Shown here in pieces: positions 39,063 to 48,758 of a stretch of DNA of 64,000 nt. The notes under the pieces were generated by a model. That model was not told the origin of the DNA, did not search any database, and was given only the letters and a program-made list of their open reading frames with translations. The number at the start of each line of letters is the position of its first letter. Position 1 is the first letter of the stretch. The translations under genes were made by a program, and so were the position numbers. This stretch comes from Candidatus Eiseniibacteriota bacterium (GTDB taxonomy: Bacteria > Eisenbacteria > RBG-16-71-46 > CAVPCR01), in NCBI GenBank assembly GCA_963823555.1, contig CAWGMA010000001.1, forward strand, positions 2,208,001 to 2,272,000, read 5' to 3'.

Positions 39063-40733
39063 TCAACCCCGAGCCGGCGGCGGCAATGCCGGCGCGGCGT
39101 AAGTCGAAGCGGCTTCCACTATGGCAGGGGGCCGCGCCTCGATCGTGACATGGATCTCGAACGCGCGCTCGAGCAGATCCTTCTTCTGCTGCCCCCCCCA
39201 CAGCTCGAGATCGATCGACTCATCAGCCAGGAGCGTCACCTGGAGGCTGCGCTTGTGCCGGGTCGCCTCGAGCCCACGGACTCGCCGGCGATGCGAGCGG
39301 TCAAGGCCGTCGACGAAGCGGACGATCGCCGCCAGCTGCCGCACCCGCTCGCGATCCGAGCGACTCAAGAGAGCGAAGTTGACATGCTTGCGGCGCGGCA
39401 GTGACCGGCGGTGATAGCGCGCGATATGGGCGATGAGCTCGATCTCCCGGGGAGTGAAGCCGGGCAGGTTGGCGTGGCGGATCAGATGGTAGGAGTGGAT
39501 ATGATGGCGTCGATAGCTGATGTGATGACCGACATTGCGCAGGATCGCCGCGGCCTCGACCAGCCGCCGCTCTCCCTCGCCGTAGCCATGGAGGCCGCGC
39601 ATCAGGTCGAACAGATTCACCGCCAGCATGCCCACATGTTCCGCCGTGGGGCGATCGTAATTGCAGGCCGCCCCGAACGCCCGCACGCTATCGCGCCAGT
39701 CGAGGGCGGTGCTGGCGGCCGGCGAGCCGAAGATCTCGCGCGTCATGCGCATGATGAGCCCCTCGCGAATGCCGTGCTCGTTGACGACGATCGCGTTGAG
39801 ACCGAGGTAGCGCAAGACCTCGTTGACCACCACGCTCCCGGCGAAGATGATGTCGGCGCGATCGGGAGAGAGACCGGGAATGCCCCGCCGGGCGTTCACG
39901 TCGACGCTGCGGAACAGGTCCATGGCCCGCTTCACATAGGATCGGTTGGTCGAGTAGCCGTGGACCCGACTGAGATGATCGCCGCGCTGGTTGGCGATGA
40001 CCCGGGCCAGCGACGAGATGGTGCCGCCCGATGCGATCAGAACCGTGGCGGCGAGGTCACGGCCGATCAGGGCGCGCTCGATCTCGGCGCGCACATGCCG
40101 GCGCAACGCCTTCCAGTCCTTGTTGTTCACCGGGTCCGAGTGGACGAACTGCTCGGTGAGCCGGACCGCCCCCAGGGGCAACGAGAACACCTCCTGGATG
40201 ACGGGCCCGATGGTGAAGATGAGCTCGAGGGACCCCCCACCGATATCGAGGCAGGCCACACGCTCGTTCGGCAGGTGGAAGTTGTGCTGCACGCTCAGGT
40301 AGGCGAGCTCCGCCTCGGCCAGCCCATCCACCACCTCGGGCCGGATTCCGAGCTCGTCACGCAGGCGGGCGATGAACTCGCCGCCGTTCGTTGCCTCCCG
40401 CGCCGCGCTGGTGGCGACCGCCGCGATGCGGGTCGCGCCGCGACCCTCGGCGATCGTCTTCAGGCGCGCCACCGCCTGCATGGTACGGTCGATCGCCTCC
40501 GGGGAGAGGGCGCCCGTCGAGTTCAGGCCCTCGCCGAGGCGGGTCGTCATCTTCTCGTCGTCGACCAGTCGGTAGTCATCGGTGCCGTGGGCATCGACGA
40601 CCAGGAGTCGCACCGAGTTGGTCCCGATATCGATGGCCGCCAGTCGCACCGGGCCCGATGGCGACCCGGGTCCGTTCTCCGGCGCTCGAGCGAGCCCGAC
40701 CGGGGAATCCCCCCGCTCAAGATCGTCACGCAT
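39063..40733 (-). CDS. ppx: Ppx/GppA exopolyphosphatase with a C-terminal HD-like domain
   Basis: AAIDIGTNSVRL, ATSAAREA, DIGGGSLE, GIREG, IARYHR. Confidence 0.93.
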   Translation of the reverse strand: MRDDLERGDSPVGLARAPENGPGSPSGPVRLAAIDIGTNSVRLLVVDAHGTDDYRLVDDEKMTTRLGEGLNSTGALSPEAIDRTMQAVARLKTIAEGRGATRIAAVATSAAREATNGGEFIARLRDELGIRPEVVDGLAEAELAYLSVQHNFHLPNERVACLDIGGGSLELIFTIGPVIQEVFSLPLGAVRLTEQFVHSDPVNNKDWKALRRHVRAEIERALIGRDLAATVLIASGGTISSLARVIANQRGDHLSRVHGYSTNRSYVKRAMDLFRSVDVNARRGIPGLSPDRADIIFAGSVVVNEVLRYLGLNAIVVNEHGIREGLIMRMTREIFGSPAASTALDWRDSVRAFGAACNYDRPTAEHVGMLAVNLFDLMRGLHGYGEGERRLVEAAAILRNVGHHISYRRHHIHSYHLIRHANLPGFTPREIELIAHIARYHRRSLPRRKHVNFALLSRSDRERVRQLAAIVRFVDGLDRSHRRRVRGLEATRHKRSLQVTLLADESIDLELWGGQQKKDLLERAFEIHVTIEARPPAIVEAASTYAAPALPPPARG

Positions 40734-40774
40734 GGCCGATTCCCCCTGCCCCGCCGCCCCCCGGCGTCGCCCGC

Positions 40775-41483
40775 TCAGCCCGAAGGGGCTGCAGCGTCGC
40801 GATCGAGGAGCGCCGAGATGGCGCGCTTCAGCTCGTAGGCCACCGCCCGCTCGGAGCGGTTCCCGTCCACCACCTGGAAGCCGTAGTGCTGCTGCATGCG
40901 GGCGAACTCACGCTGAATGAGGCGCTGATACTTGATGAAGCTCTCGAACATGCTCGCCGAGAGACCAAGGTCCATGCCGCTCTCCCAGTGGTCGAGCGTC
41001 GGGTTCTTCTGGAAGTTGCGTTCGATGAGGATGCGCGGGCTCACTCGTCAGGTAGAACACCACATCCGGCACGATGGCGACCGAGAACAGGCTCTCCACC
41101 CACTCGCGGCGGGCGCCGCGCACCACGTCGCGCGCCATCAGCGTGTAGATGTAGCGGTCGCAGAGCACGACGAAGCCGGCGCGCAACGCCGGCACGATCA
41201 CGTTCTCCATCTGATCCACGAAATCGGTGGCGTAGAAGAGGCTACGGGTCAGATGTCCGAGAATGTTGCCCTGCTTCGCCTTGGACAGCTCGGAACTGAC
41301 CAGCGTCGACCGGCGGAGCCCGAAGTCGACGACGGCCTGTCCCTCGCCCTCGAGCCATTCGCGGAGCACGCGGATCTGGGTCGAACGGCCCGAGCCGTCC
41401 GCTCCCTCGATGACGATGAGCTTGCCGTGAAGCTCACCGAGGTCCACTCCCGGCGGCGCGGTTCCATAGCAGCGGGCAGCCAC
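40775..41483 (-). pseudogene. Thymidylate-kinase-like protein 2 (putative PPK3 subunit) with one frameshift near 41045, possibly a sequence error
   Basis: LIVIEGADGSGRST, LFYATDF, CDRYIYT in one frame; continues SPRILIER..LDHWESGMDLGL in ORF 40775..41044. Confidence 0.8.
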
Positions 41484-41503
41484 GATATCGCCTCCAGCGC
41501 GGG

Positions 41504-42259
41504 TCAGACGGCCCGCTTTCGATCCGCCGCCGTGGGGCGCCGGGTCAGGGTCTCCGCCCGCACCGGCGGCCCGCCCCGGCGATTCAGCCACCGATAGGAG
41601 GAGAGATTGATGTGCTCGGCGATGATGCGCCGCACCTCGACCTGCTGCTCCTCGATGGGCCGGTTGGCATCGATCACCTTGAAGTCGAATTCGGCGGCCA
41701 GCTTCTCGTACTCGGCGAAGAGCCGCCCCTGGAAGAGCCTGAACGATTCGGTGACGTCGGTCGCCAGGCCGAGGTCCATGCCTGCCTCGAAGTACTTGAG
41801 ATTGGGCCGGCCGGAGAGGATGCGATCCAGAGACACATCGAGCGGGGCGCGGAAGTAGAAGGTGATCGACGGACGGACGGCGAACGAGTACAGGTTTCGC
41901 ACCCAATCCGGCGCACAACCGCGGACGACGTCACGCACATAGGCGGTGTAGACATAGCGATCGGCGAGCACGACGTAGCCGGCCTGGAGCAGGGGCAGAA
42001 TCTGGCGCTCGAAGCGGTCGGCGAGATCGGTGGCGTGGATGAGGGAAAAGGTCGTGGGGGTGAGCAGAAAGCGCTTCTTGCCCTTGGAAGTGGCCCTCTT
42101 GACGATGACCGATGAATTCCACTCGGTGAAGAAGACCTTCACCCCTTCGGCCTCGAGCCACTTCTTGACGAGGTAGATCTGCGTGCTCTTGCCCGACCCG
42201 TCGAGACCCTCGACGGCGATCAGCTTACCGAGCAGGGTTGGCGAATCCTTGACGAACAT
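41504..42259 (-). CDS. Thymidylate-kinase-like protein 1 (putative PPK3 subunit)
   Basis: LIAVEGLDGSGKST, TEWNSS, HATDLADR, ADRYVYT, YFEAGMDLGL. Confidence 0.88.
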   Translation of the reverse strand: MFVKDSPTLLGKLIAVEGLDGSGKSTQIYLVKKWLEAEGVKVFFTEWNSSVIVKRATSKGKKRFLLTPTTFSLIHATDLADRFERQILPLLQAGYVVLADRYVYTAYVRDVVRGCAPDWVRNLYSFAVRPSITFYFRAPLDVSLDRILSGRPNLKYFEAGMDLGLATDVTESFRLFQGRLFAEYEKLAAEFDFKVIDANRPIEEQQVEVRRIIAEHINLSSYRWLNRRGGPPVRAETLTRRPTAADRKRAV

Positions 42260-42453
42260 GGAATGGACCTCGACCTCACGAAACTCGACGCGGGCAGGAG
42301 CATACGATCCGCATCCGAGGCTATCGCCGGGGATGGGGGGCGGTCAACGGCTTTCCCGGTCGTTGCATCATCTTTGCAGTCGGCGTGTTATCCTCTCCCG
42401 GACGCACGCGCCCGGCGACGGTTCGGGCAGTCGAGAGGCAGTCGGGAGGATCC

Positions 42454-42954
42454 ATGGAAATCTACATCATGCGTCACGCCATCGCCGCCCTGCGCGAGGA
42501 ATGGACCGGACCGGACGAGGACCGACCCCTGACACGGGCCGGCCGCTCGCGCATGCGCGTGGCGGCGCGCGGGCTCAAGAACCTCAAGGTCCGCTTCGAT
42601 GTGATCATGGCGAGCCCGCTCGTGCGCGCCATCCAGACGGCCGAGGTCGTCGCCAAGGAAATCGGCCATCGATCGCCCGTGGAGATCTGTCCGGCTCTGG
42701 CTCCTGGACTCAATCCAGGCTCCCTCTACCACTTTCTCGGCTCCTTCGCGGGACGCAAGAGCTTCCTCCTCGTCGGCCACGAGCCCGACCTCGGCAACCT
42801 CGTCCTGCACCTGATCGGCGGCGCCCATGCCGACTGCTACCCGATGAAGAAGGGCGCCGTCTGTCGAGTGGACGTGGAGCAGATTCCACCCCCCGGGCCG
42901 GGCACGCTGGTCTGGGCCATGACGCCTCGGATCCTCAGGCGTCTCGGCTCCTAG
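42454..42954 (+). CDS. sixA: Phosphohistidine phosphatase SixA
   Basis: IYIMRHAIA, DRPLT, SPLVRAIQTA, LVGHEPDL; ATG 42454 after GGAGGA. Confidence 0.92.
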   Translation: MEIYIMRHAIAALREEWTGPDEDRPLTRAGRSRMRVAARGLKNLKVRFDVIMASPLVRAIQTAEVVAKEIGHRSPVEICPALAPGLNPGSLYHFLGSFAGRKSFLLVGHEPDLGNLVLHLIGGAHADCYPMKKGAVCRVDVEQIPPPGPGTLVWAMTPRILRRLGS

Positions 42955-42998
42955 CGGCGACCCGGTTCACAGCGGCGACCGGTTCACAGCGGCGATCC
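42953..42998. repeat. Short tandem repeat (~17-18 bp, ~2.6 copies)
   Basis: AGCGGCGACCCGGTTCAC AGCGGCGACCGGTTCAC AGCGGCGATCC. Confidence 0.7.
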
Positions 42999-43015
42999 GC
43001 AGCAGTGGAGTCCCC

Positions 43016-44398
43016 TTGTATCACCTGAAGACCGTGCGCGATGCCGTGCACGGAGACATCCACCTGCCCAGGGAATTCCTCTCCGTGCTCGATGCGCGCG
43101 AGATGCAGCGGCTGCGCGGGATCAAGCAGCTCGGCACCGCCTTCCATGTCTATCCGTCGGCCCAGCACACGCGCTTCGAGCACTGTGTCGGCGCCTTCCA
43201 CATGGCGACCCGGCTCATCGACCGGCTGCGCCGCAACCATCGCTCCGATCCCGCCACGGCCGCCGAGATCACGCCCGCAGAGGAACGGATCGCCCAGCTC
43301 GCTGCCCTCGTTCACGATCTCCCCCACATCCCATTCGGCCACTCGATCGAGGATCAGGACGGCCTCTTGCCCCGGCATGACGTGCCCGAGCGGGTCCGCC
43401 GCGCGCTCGGCCACGGCGAGGTGGCCGCGGCTCTCGATCAGCTCGGCGCTCGCGCCGCGGTCGAGCGCTGCCTCACCGGACCGTCGGGCGCGGGACCCGC
43501 CCCGGAGGACCCGGGCAGCCCCGACGTGCGCCCCGGGATTCGCGAGCTGGTGAGCGAGAACGTGTGCGCCGACCTCCTCGACTACCTGGCGCGCGACGCC
43601 TTCTTCACCGGGCTTCGCCTGGCCTACGACGACCGCATCCTCGACTCGCTCAAGCTCGATCCGGAGAGCGGACATCTCTATGTCGACCTCACCAAGCACG
43701 AGATGGAGCGTGAAGATGTGCTCTCCGAGCTCTTGAACCTGTTCCGCATCCGCTATGTCTGCTCGGAGCGCATCTACTACCACCATGCCAAGGTGGCTTC
43801 CGGCGCTCTCCTGTCGCGCGCCGTCGAGCTCTGCCTCCAGGCCGGACTCGATCCGCGCGCGTTCGATCCCCTCACCGACGCCGAGCTCGGCCCCCTCCTC
43901 ATCGCCTTCGCCGGCGAGCGCGCCTCAGGCCTGCCCCGGCTGCGCGCCGTGCCGCGGCTCATCCAGCGCTTCACCTCGCGCCGGCTCCTCAAGCGCTGCT
44001 TCGTGGCGGGCCTCGCCGGCCACGAGGACATCCAGGACCAGCTCGTGCGTCGCTTCGTCGAGAACCAGGCAGCGCGGAGCGAGGTGGAAGCCGAGATCGC
44101 TCGCGCGCTCTCGATCGCCGACCCCGCCGAGGTCATCGTCTACTGCCCGAAGAAGGCCATGCAGCTCAAGGAAGCCCGGGTCCTGGTGCGCCGCGCCGGG
44201 CGCCCCCTGGCCGCGCTCGCCGACCATGCCGACGAGCTGCCGATGCTGGGGCAGATGCTGCGCGATTACCGCTACCTGTGGAAGCTCTACGTCTTCATTC
44301 CGCCGCGCGAGCGCGCCGGCATGGAGGCCGCGGGACGCACGGCGGAGGCGGTGTTGCGGCAGGCCTTCCCCACGCTCAGGAACGGCTACCGGCCGTAG
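43016..44398 (+). CDS. HD-domain phosphohydrolase (SAMHD1/dNTPase-like)
   Basis: RDAVHG, QRLRGIKQLG, HTRFEHCVG, LVHDLPHIPFGH, DLLDYLARD, IYYHH; TTG start. Confidence 0.9.
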   Translation: MYHLKTVRDAVHGDIHLPREFLSVLDAREMQRLRGIKQLGTAFHVYPSAQHTRFEHCVGAFHMATRLIDRLRRNHRSDPATAAEITPAEERIAQLAALVHDLPHIPFGHSIEDQDGLLPRHDVPERVRRALGHGEVAAALDQLGARAAVERCLTGPSGAGPAPEDPGSPDVRPGIRELVSENVCADLLDYLARDAFFTGLRLAYDDRILDSLKLDPESGHLYVDLTKHEMEREDVLSELLNLFRIRYVCSERIYYHHAKVASGALLSRAVELCLQAGLDPRAFDPLTDAELGPLLIAFAGERASGLPRLRAVPRLIQRFTSRRLLKRCFVAGLAGHEDIQDQLVRRFVENQAARSEVEAEIARALSIADPAEVIVYCPKKAMQLKEARVLVRRAGRPLAALADHADELPMLGQMLRDYRYLWKLYVFIPPRERAGMEAAGRTAEAVLRQAFPTLRNGYRP

Positions 44399-44414
44399 GG
44401 GCCAGCGCCGGCCA

Positions 44415-46211
44415 TCAGCTGTCGCGGATGCCCTGGATGCGCTTGATGCCCCGCATCGCCTCGGCGGCGGCCGGGGTCCGCGGCGCCAGGAGCACGACGC
44501 GGTTGTAGAGATCGAGCGCCTCCTGCGGCTTGCCGCCGGCCTCGTAGACCCGGGCGAAGCGTGCGGTGTCTGTGGCGAGCGATGCCACGCGTTCTTCGAC
44601 CTGACCGGTGTAGGGGGTCTCGGGCCATTCCCGGAGGAAGCGCCCGCCCACCTCGAGCGAATCGAGGTCCGCCACCAGCGCCCGCATCCGCACCCGCGCG
44701 TGCTGGGCGATCGCCGTGTCCGGGGGTGCATCGACGATCGCGTAGCAGACCGCGGGGTCGGTGACATCGTCGAGGGCGCGCAGAAGCTCCTCGTGTCCCT
44801 CGTCGTGCAGGGAGTCGGCCGCGGCGTCGTGGGCGAGCACGGCCAGCAACGGAGCTGCAGCGTTGGCCCGCCCGAGATGGAGATAGCGGCGAGCCAGCGC
44901 CAGACGCACCCCGGGAGCCCGGTCATGGTCGGCGTAGTTCTCGAGGAAGATCTCGAGCGTCTCGTTGGAAGCGGCTCCCGGCGAATCGATCACGCGCAGA
45001 ACGACCGGGAGGTTCTCGTCCAGATCGATCGTGACGAGCTTCCTCTCACCGCGCAGCGAATCGAGCGCTTCGTCATCGACGCCGGCCGCCGTGAGTCGCG
45101 CGATCGCCGAGTCGGCCTCGACCTGGACCGCGCGCAGGCGCTGGGCGACCACCGGCTTGTGGCGCTCGTGGGTGAGCCGGAAGCGCACGAGCTCGAGCTC
45201 GATCTCGGCCTCGGCGCCCTGTCCCGGCCCGGCCCGGGCGGCCGCGCGAAAGAGCAGATTGGCGGTGGCGCCGTCGTGGCGGCGGGCCTCATCGACCAGC
45301 GTGGCCTGAGCGCGCAACCGATAGTTGGCGACGCTGGCTGAATCCGGGGCGCTCAGGCGCGGCCCCACGCGCGCGCGCGCCGCCGTGGCGCGGTCGGTGA
45401 AGTAGGGATGCGTGCGCCAGTAGCCGTACTCGGTGTCCTCGTAGATGCGCTGGTGGAGCGTTTCGAGCAGCTCGACGCTGCCGGCCGGATCGTAGCCAGC
45501 GCGGGTGGCCAGCCGGTAGCCGACCTCGTCGGCTTCGGTCTCGAGCTTGCGCGAGAACCCGCGCAGGAAGAGCTCGCGGAACACCGAGCTGAAGATCGCC
45601 GAGCCCTGGAGCGCGGCCTGGGCTCCGGAGACGCTCACCTGCTCGACGCCGTAGTCATCGGTGGTGCGGGTGGCCGTGCCGCCCCCGACCCGGCTCGCTC
45701 CGATGGCGAGACCGACCATGGCCGCCGTCTGGAGGAGCGAGGTGATCGCGCTCCAGGTGCCCATGCGCGCCGAGTGGCGGTTGCGCACGTGCGTGATCTC
45801 GTGGCCCAGCAGATAAGCGACCGCGTCATCGCTGATCTCGGTGTCGAGGAGCCCCTGGGTGATGAAGACGAAGCCTCCGGGTACCGCGAAGGCGTTGGGG
45901 ACATCCATGGGGACGACATAGAAGGTGAGGACCGTGACCGGATCGTCGGCGGCCAGGGCGACCCGCGATCCGATGTCGTAGATGCGCTTGATCTCCGCCT
46001 GGTCGTCGCTGATCCCGACCTCGCGGGCGACGGCGAGCGCCACCTCGAGGCCGAGATCGAAATCGCCGCGATCGATACGAATCGGGCTGACCTGAGGCGT
46101 CGCGTCGGCGCGAGCCTGGGGGATGACCCCGGATACGGGGAGAAAGAGGCCCTCGAGCACGGCGAGGAGGAGGACCAGCACTCGCCTGGGGCCGGACGGG
46201 ATCTTCATCAT
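44415..46211 (-). CDS. M48 family metalloprotease with a TPR-like C-terminal region
   Basis: Signal peptide; PNAFAVPGG, GHEITH, FSRKLETEAD, RTHP. Confidence 0.9.
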   Translation of the reverse strand: MMKIPSGPRRVLVLLLAVLEGLFLPVSGVIPQARADATPQVSPIRIDRGDFDLGLEVALAVAREVGISDDQAEIKRIYDIGSRVALAADDPVTVLTFYVVPMDVPNAFAVPGGFVFITQGLLDTEISDDAVAYLLGHEITHVRNRHSARMGTWSAITSLLQTAAMVGLAIGASRVGGGTATRTTDDYGVEQVSVSGAQAALQGSAIFSSVFRELFLRGFSRKLETEADEVGYRLATRAGYDPAGSVELLETLHQRIYEDTEYGYWRTHPYFTDRATAARARVGPRLSAPDSASVANYRLRAQATLVDEARRHDGATANLLFRAAARAGPGQGAEAEIELELVRFRLTHERHKPVVAQRLRAVQVEADSAIARLTAAGVDDEALDSLRGERKLVTIDLDENLPVVLRVIDSPGAASNETLEIFLENYADHDRAPGVRLALARRYLHLGRANAAAPLLAVLAHDAAADSLHDEGHEELLRALDDVTDPAVCYAIVDAPPDTAIAQHARVRMRALVADLDSLEVGGRFLREWPETPYTGQVEERVASLATDTARFARVYEAGGKPQEALDLYNRVVLLAPRTPAAAEAMRGIKRIQGIRDS

Positions 46212-46323
46212 GCGATCATACCCGACACCACGGCCCGGCGTTCCAGCCCGGGGCGGGGCCGGCGGCCTCCCCGACCCCGGGCCGGCCTGCCCGCACGCCC
46301 CCGCTCGTGCTAAGCTCGCGCCC

Positions 46324-47550
46324 ATGAGCCAAATCGACACTCCAGCTCCTGCGCCGACGCCGGCGCGAACGATGGCCAGCACCGACCAGCCGGATCCCTT
46401 CGACTTCTATGACATCGCCGAGACCTTGACCGTTGAGGAGCGCCTCGTCCGGCAGACGGTGCGCGACCTGGTCGAGCGCGAGGTGATGCCGACCATCGAG
46501 GATCACTTCCGGGACGGGACCTTCCCCCGGGACCTGGTCCCCGTTCTCGCCCGGAACGGGCTCCTCGGGGCCACCGTTCCGGAGGAGTACGGCGGCGCCG
46601 GGCTCGGACCGGTCGCCAACGGGCTCATCATGCTCGAGCTCGAGCGCGGCGACTCCGGCGTCCGGAGCTTCGCCTCGGTCCAGGGTTCGCTCGTCATGTA
46701 TCCCATCCTGCGCTACGGCAGCGAGGAGCAGAAGCGGGAGTGGCTACCCCGGCTCGCCGCCGGCGAGGCGATCGGCTGCTACGGCCTCACCGAGCCCGAC
46801 CACGGCTCCGACCCCGGCGGCATGGAGACTCGCGCCGAGCGGCGCGGGGACCGCTGGATCGTGAACGGGCGCAAGATGTGGATCACGAACGGCGGCATGG
46901 CCCAAGTCGCCGTGGTCTGGGCCAGGACCAGCGATGGCTTCCGCGGCTTCCTGATCGAGACCAGGACGCCCGGTTTCTCCACCGTCGACATGCACAACAA
47001 GTGGTCGCTGCGAGCCTCGGTCACCTCCGAGCTGATCCTCGAGGACGTCGAGATCCCCGACTCCGCCCGCCTGCCCGGAGCCAAGGGCCTCGGGGCTCCC
47101 CTCTCCTGCCTGAACCAGGCGCGCTACGGCATCAGCTGGGGCGCCATCGGCGCCGCCATCGCCTGCTACGAGACGGCGCGGCGGCATGCGCTCGAACGCA
47201 CGCAGTTCGGCCAGCCGATCGGCGGCTTCCAGCTGGTCCAGGCGGCGCTCACCGACATGGCCACCGCCATCACGCAAGCGCAGCTCCTGTCGCTCCGGCT
47301 CGGGAGGCTGAAGGAGGCCGGGCGCGACCATGCCGCGCGGGTGTCGATGGCCAAGCGGCAGAACGTGGCCATGGCTCTCGACATCGCCCGTTCGGCGCGC
47401 GAGGTGCTCGGCGCCATCGGCATCACCGGTGAAGTGCCCATCATGCGTCACATGATGAACCTCGAATCGGTGAAGACGTATGAGGGCACGCATCAGATCC
47501 ATACCCTCATCGTCGGCCAGGCGATCACCGGGATCGAGGCGTTCCGCTAG
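46324..47550 (+). CDS. gcdH: Acyl-CoA dehydrogenase (glutaryl-CoA dehydrogenase-like)
   Basis: ELERGDSGVRSFASVQ, GCYGLTEPDHGSDP, SLRASVT, TYEGTHQIH. Confidence 0.88.
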   Translation: MSQIDTPAPAPTPARTMASTDQPDPFDFYDIAETLTVEERLVRQTVRDLVEREVMPTIEDHFRDGTFPRDLVPVLARNGLLGATVPEEYGGAGLGPVANGLIMLELERGDSGVRSFASVQGSLVMYPILRYGSEEQKREWLPRLAAGEAIGCYGLTEPDHGSDPGGMETRAERRGDRWIVNGRKMWITNGGMAQVAVVWARTSDGFRGFLIETRTPGFSTVDMHNKWSLRASVTSELILEDVEIPDSARLPGAKGLGAPLSCLNQARYGISWGAIGAAIACYETARRHALERTQFGQPIGGFQLVQAALTDMATAITQAQLLSLRLGRLKEAGRDHAARVSMAKRQNVAMALDIARSAREVLGAIGITGEVPIMRHMMNLESVKTYEGTHQIHTLIVGQAITGIEAFR

Positions 47551-47585
47551 GCGAGCCCCGGGGAGCCGGCCCCGACGCCGAACCG

Positions 47586-48581
47586 TCAGGGCACCACGTT
47601 GACGATGGCGAGGGCGTTCTCGGCTTGCAGCGTGACGTAGGCCGTCGACGACGAGACGAACAGCACATCGGTGGGACCGAGCCCTACCGTGATCTCGTCG
47701 ACCACGATCCGGCGATCGGTCTCGATGAGCGTGAGCGAATTGGATCCCGAGTTGGCGACCAGCACGTAGCGACCATCCGGGGAGACATCGAGACCGAGCG
47801 GCTCGGCACCCACCGGGATCTCGCGTTCGACGAGACCCGAGTCGAGCCCCACCACCAGCACGCGATTGTCGGCCGAGATGTACGCCGTGGACTCGTCGGG
47901 GTCGAGCGCGATGAAACTGGCGCCCGGGCGCGTGAGAATCGTGTCCACCACGGTGAACACCGAGGGGTTGAACTCGAGCGCGAACAGCTTGCCCCGGTCG
48001 TGACCGACCACGTAGGCGCGAGCGGGGAAACGCTCCTTGGTCATGATCAACCCGGCCGGGCGATCGTCGAGCACCAGGGTCCGCCGCGAGTAGTCGAAGT
48101 CCCGGTCGAAGAGGGCGATCAGACCCGGCTCGTAGGCGGTGGCGAGGAGAAAGCGACCGTCGGGAGAGGCGGCGACCAGGTTGGCCGTCTGCCCGACGAT
48201 GACGGAGTCGATGACCGTGCCCTGACCGCGCAGATCCATGATCATGACGCTCGAACCGGCCACGTTGGCGGCGTAGAGCTCCTGCGAGCCCGGGGCGTAG
48301 GCGAGACCCAGCGTCGACTGGCCGACGTAGATGCTGCGCAGCACGCCGGCATCCGCCGCTCGCCGCACCGAGACCCAGCCGTACTTGAGGTCGCCGAGCA
48401 CGAAGGTGCCGGGCACGGGGCCCGGCGCCAGGAGATTGGGGCTGTAGCCGACGTTCTCGACTCGCGCCGCGACCCGCAGCTCCGCCCGGCGCGCCGCGAT
48501 CGGGCCCGGGGCCACGACCATCGTGACGGCGCTCACCACCAGGACCGCGACGATGAGGCGAGACAAGGATCGAGCGTTCAT
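47586..48581 (-). CDS. YncE/YVTN-type beta-propeller protein, exported
   Basis: Signal peptide; LYAANVAGSSV, IPVGAEPLG..SPDGRYVLVANSGSN. Confidence 0.85.
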   Translation of the reverse strand: MNARSLSRLIVAVLVVSAVTMVVAPGPIAARRAELRVAARVENVGYSPNLLAPGPVPGTFVLGDLKYGWVSVRRAADAGVLRSIYVGQSTLGLAYAPGSQELYAANVAGSSVMIMDLRGQGTVIDSVIVGQTANLVAASPDGRFLLATAYEPGLIALFDRDFDYSRRTLVLDDRPAGLIMTKERFPARAYVVGHDRGKLFALEFNPSVFTVVDTILTRPGASFIALDPDESTAYISADNRVLVVGLDSGLVEREIPVGAEPLGLDVSPDGRYVLVANSGSNSLTLIETDRRIVVDEITVGLGPTDVLFVSSSTAYVTLQAENALAIVNVVP

Positions 48582-48696
48582 ATGAGGGTCGGCCCGTCCC
48601 GGGAATGGGCCCGTCGCCCATCGCTCACGGGGCCCGACCACGGTAGACCATGGTGGACACGAGGGCAAGGCGGCCGCCCCGCGGGTTCGCGCGGCG

Positions 48697-48725
48697 TTGA
48701 CGTCCGTGCATCATAACAATAGAAT
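48697..48725 (+). promoter_or_regulatory. Sigma-70 promoter of pheST
   Basis: TTGACG-17 nt-TAGAAT, 33 nt upstream of the pheS ATG. Confidence 0.75.
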
Positions 48726-48758
48726 CCACCGCTACTTCAGACTTCAATCGAAAGACCC

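Noticed and set aside
42953..42998. Direct repeats as a mini-CRISPR
   Set aside because: The units are adjacent with no spacers and are only 17-18 bp.
3796..46382. Long Arg/Pro-rich N-terminal extensions on several track ORFs (GH20, MFS, deacetylase, PorV, ThyX, M48)
   Set aside because: They overlap upstream genes or spacers and are longest-ORF artefacts; starts were trimmed using RBS and motif position.
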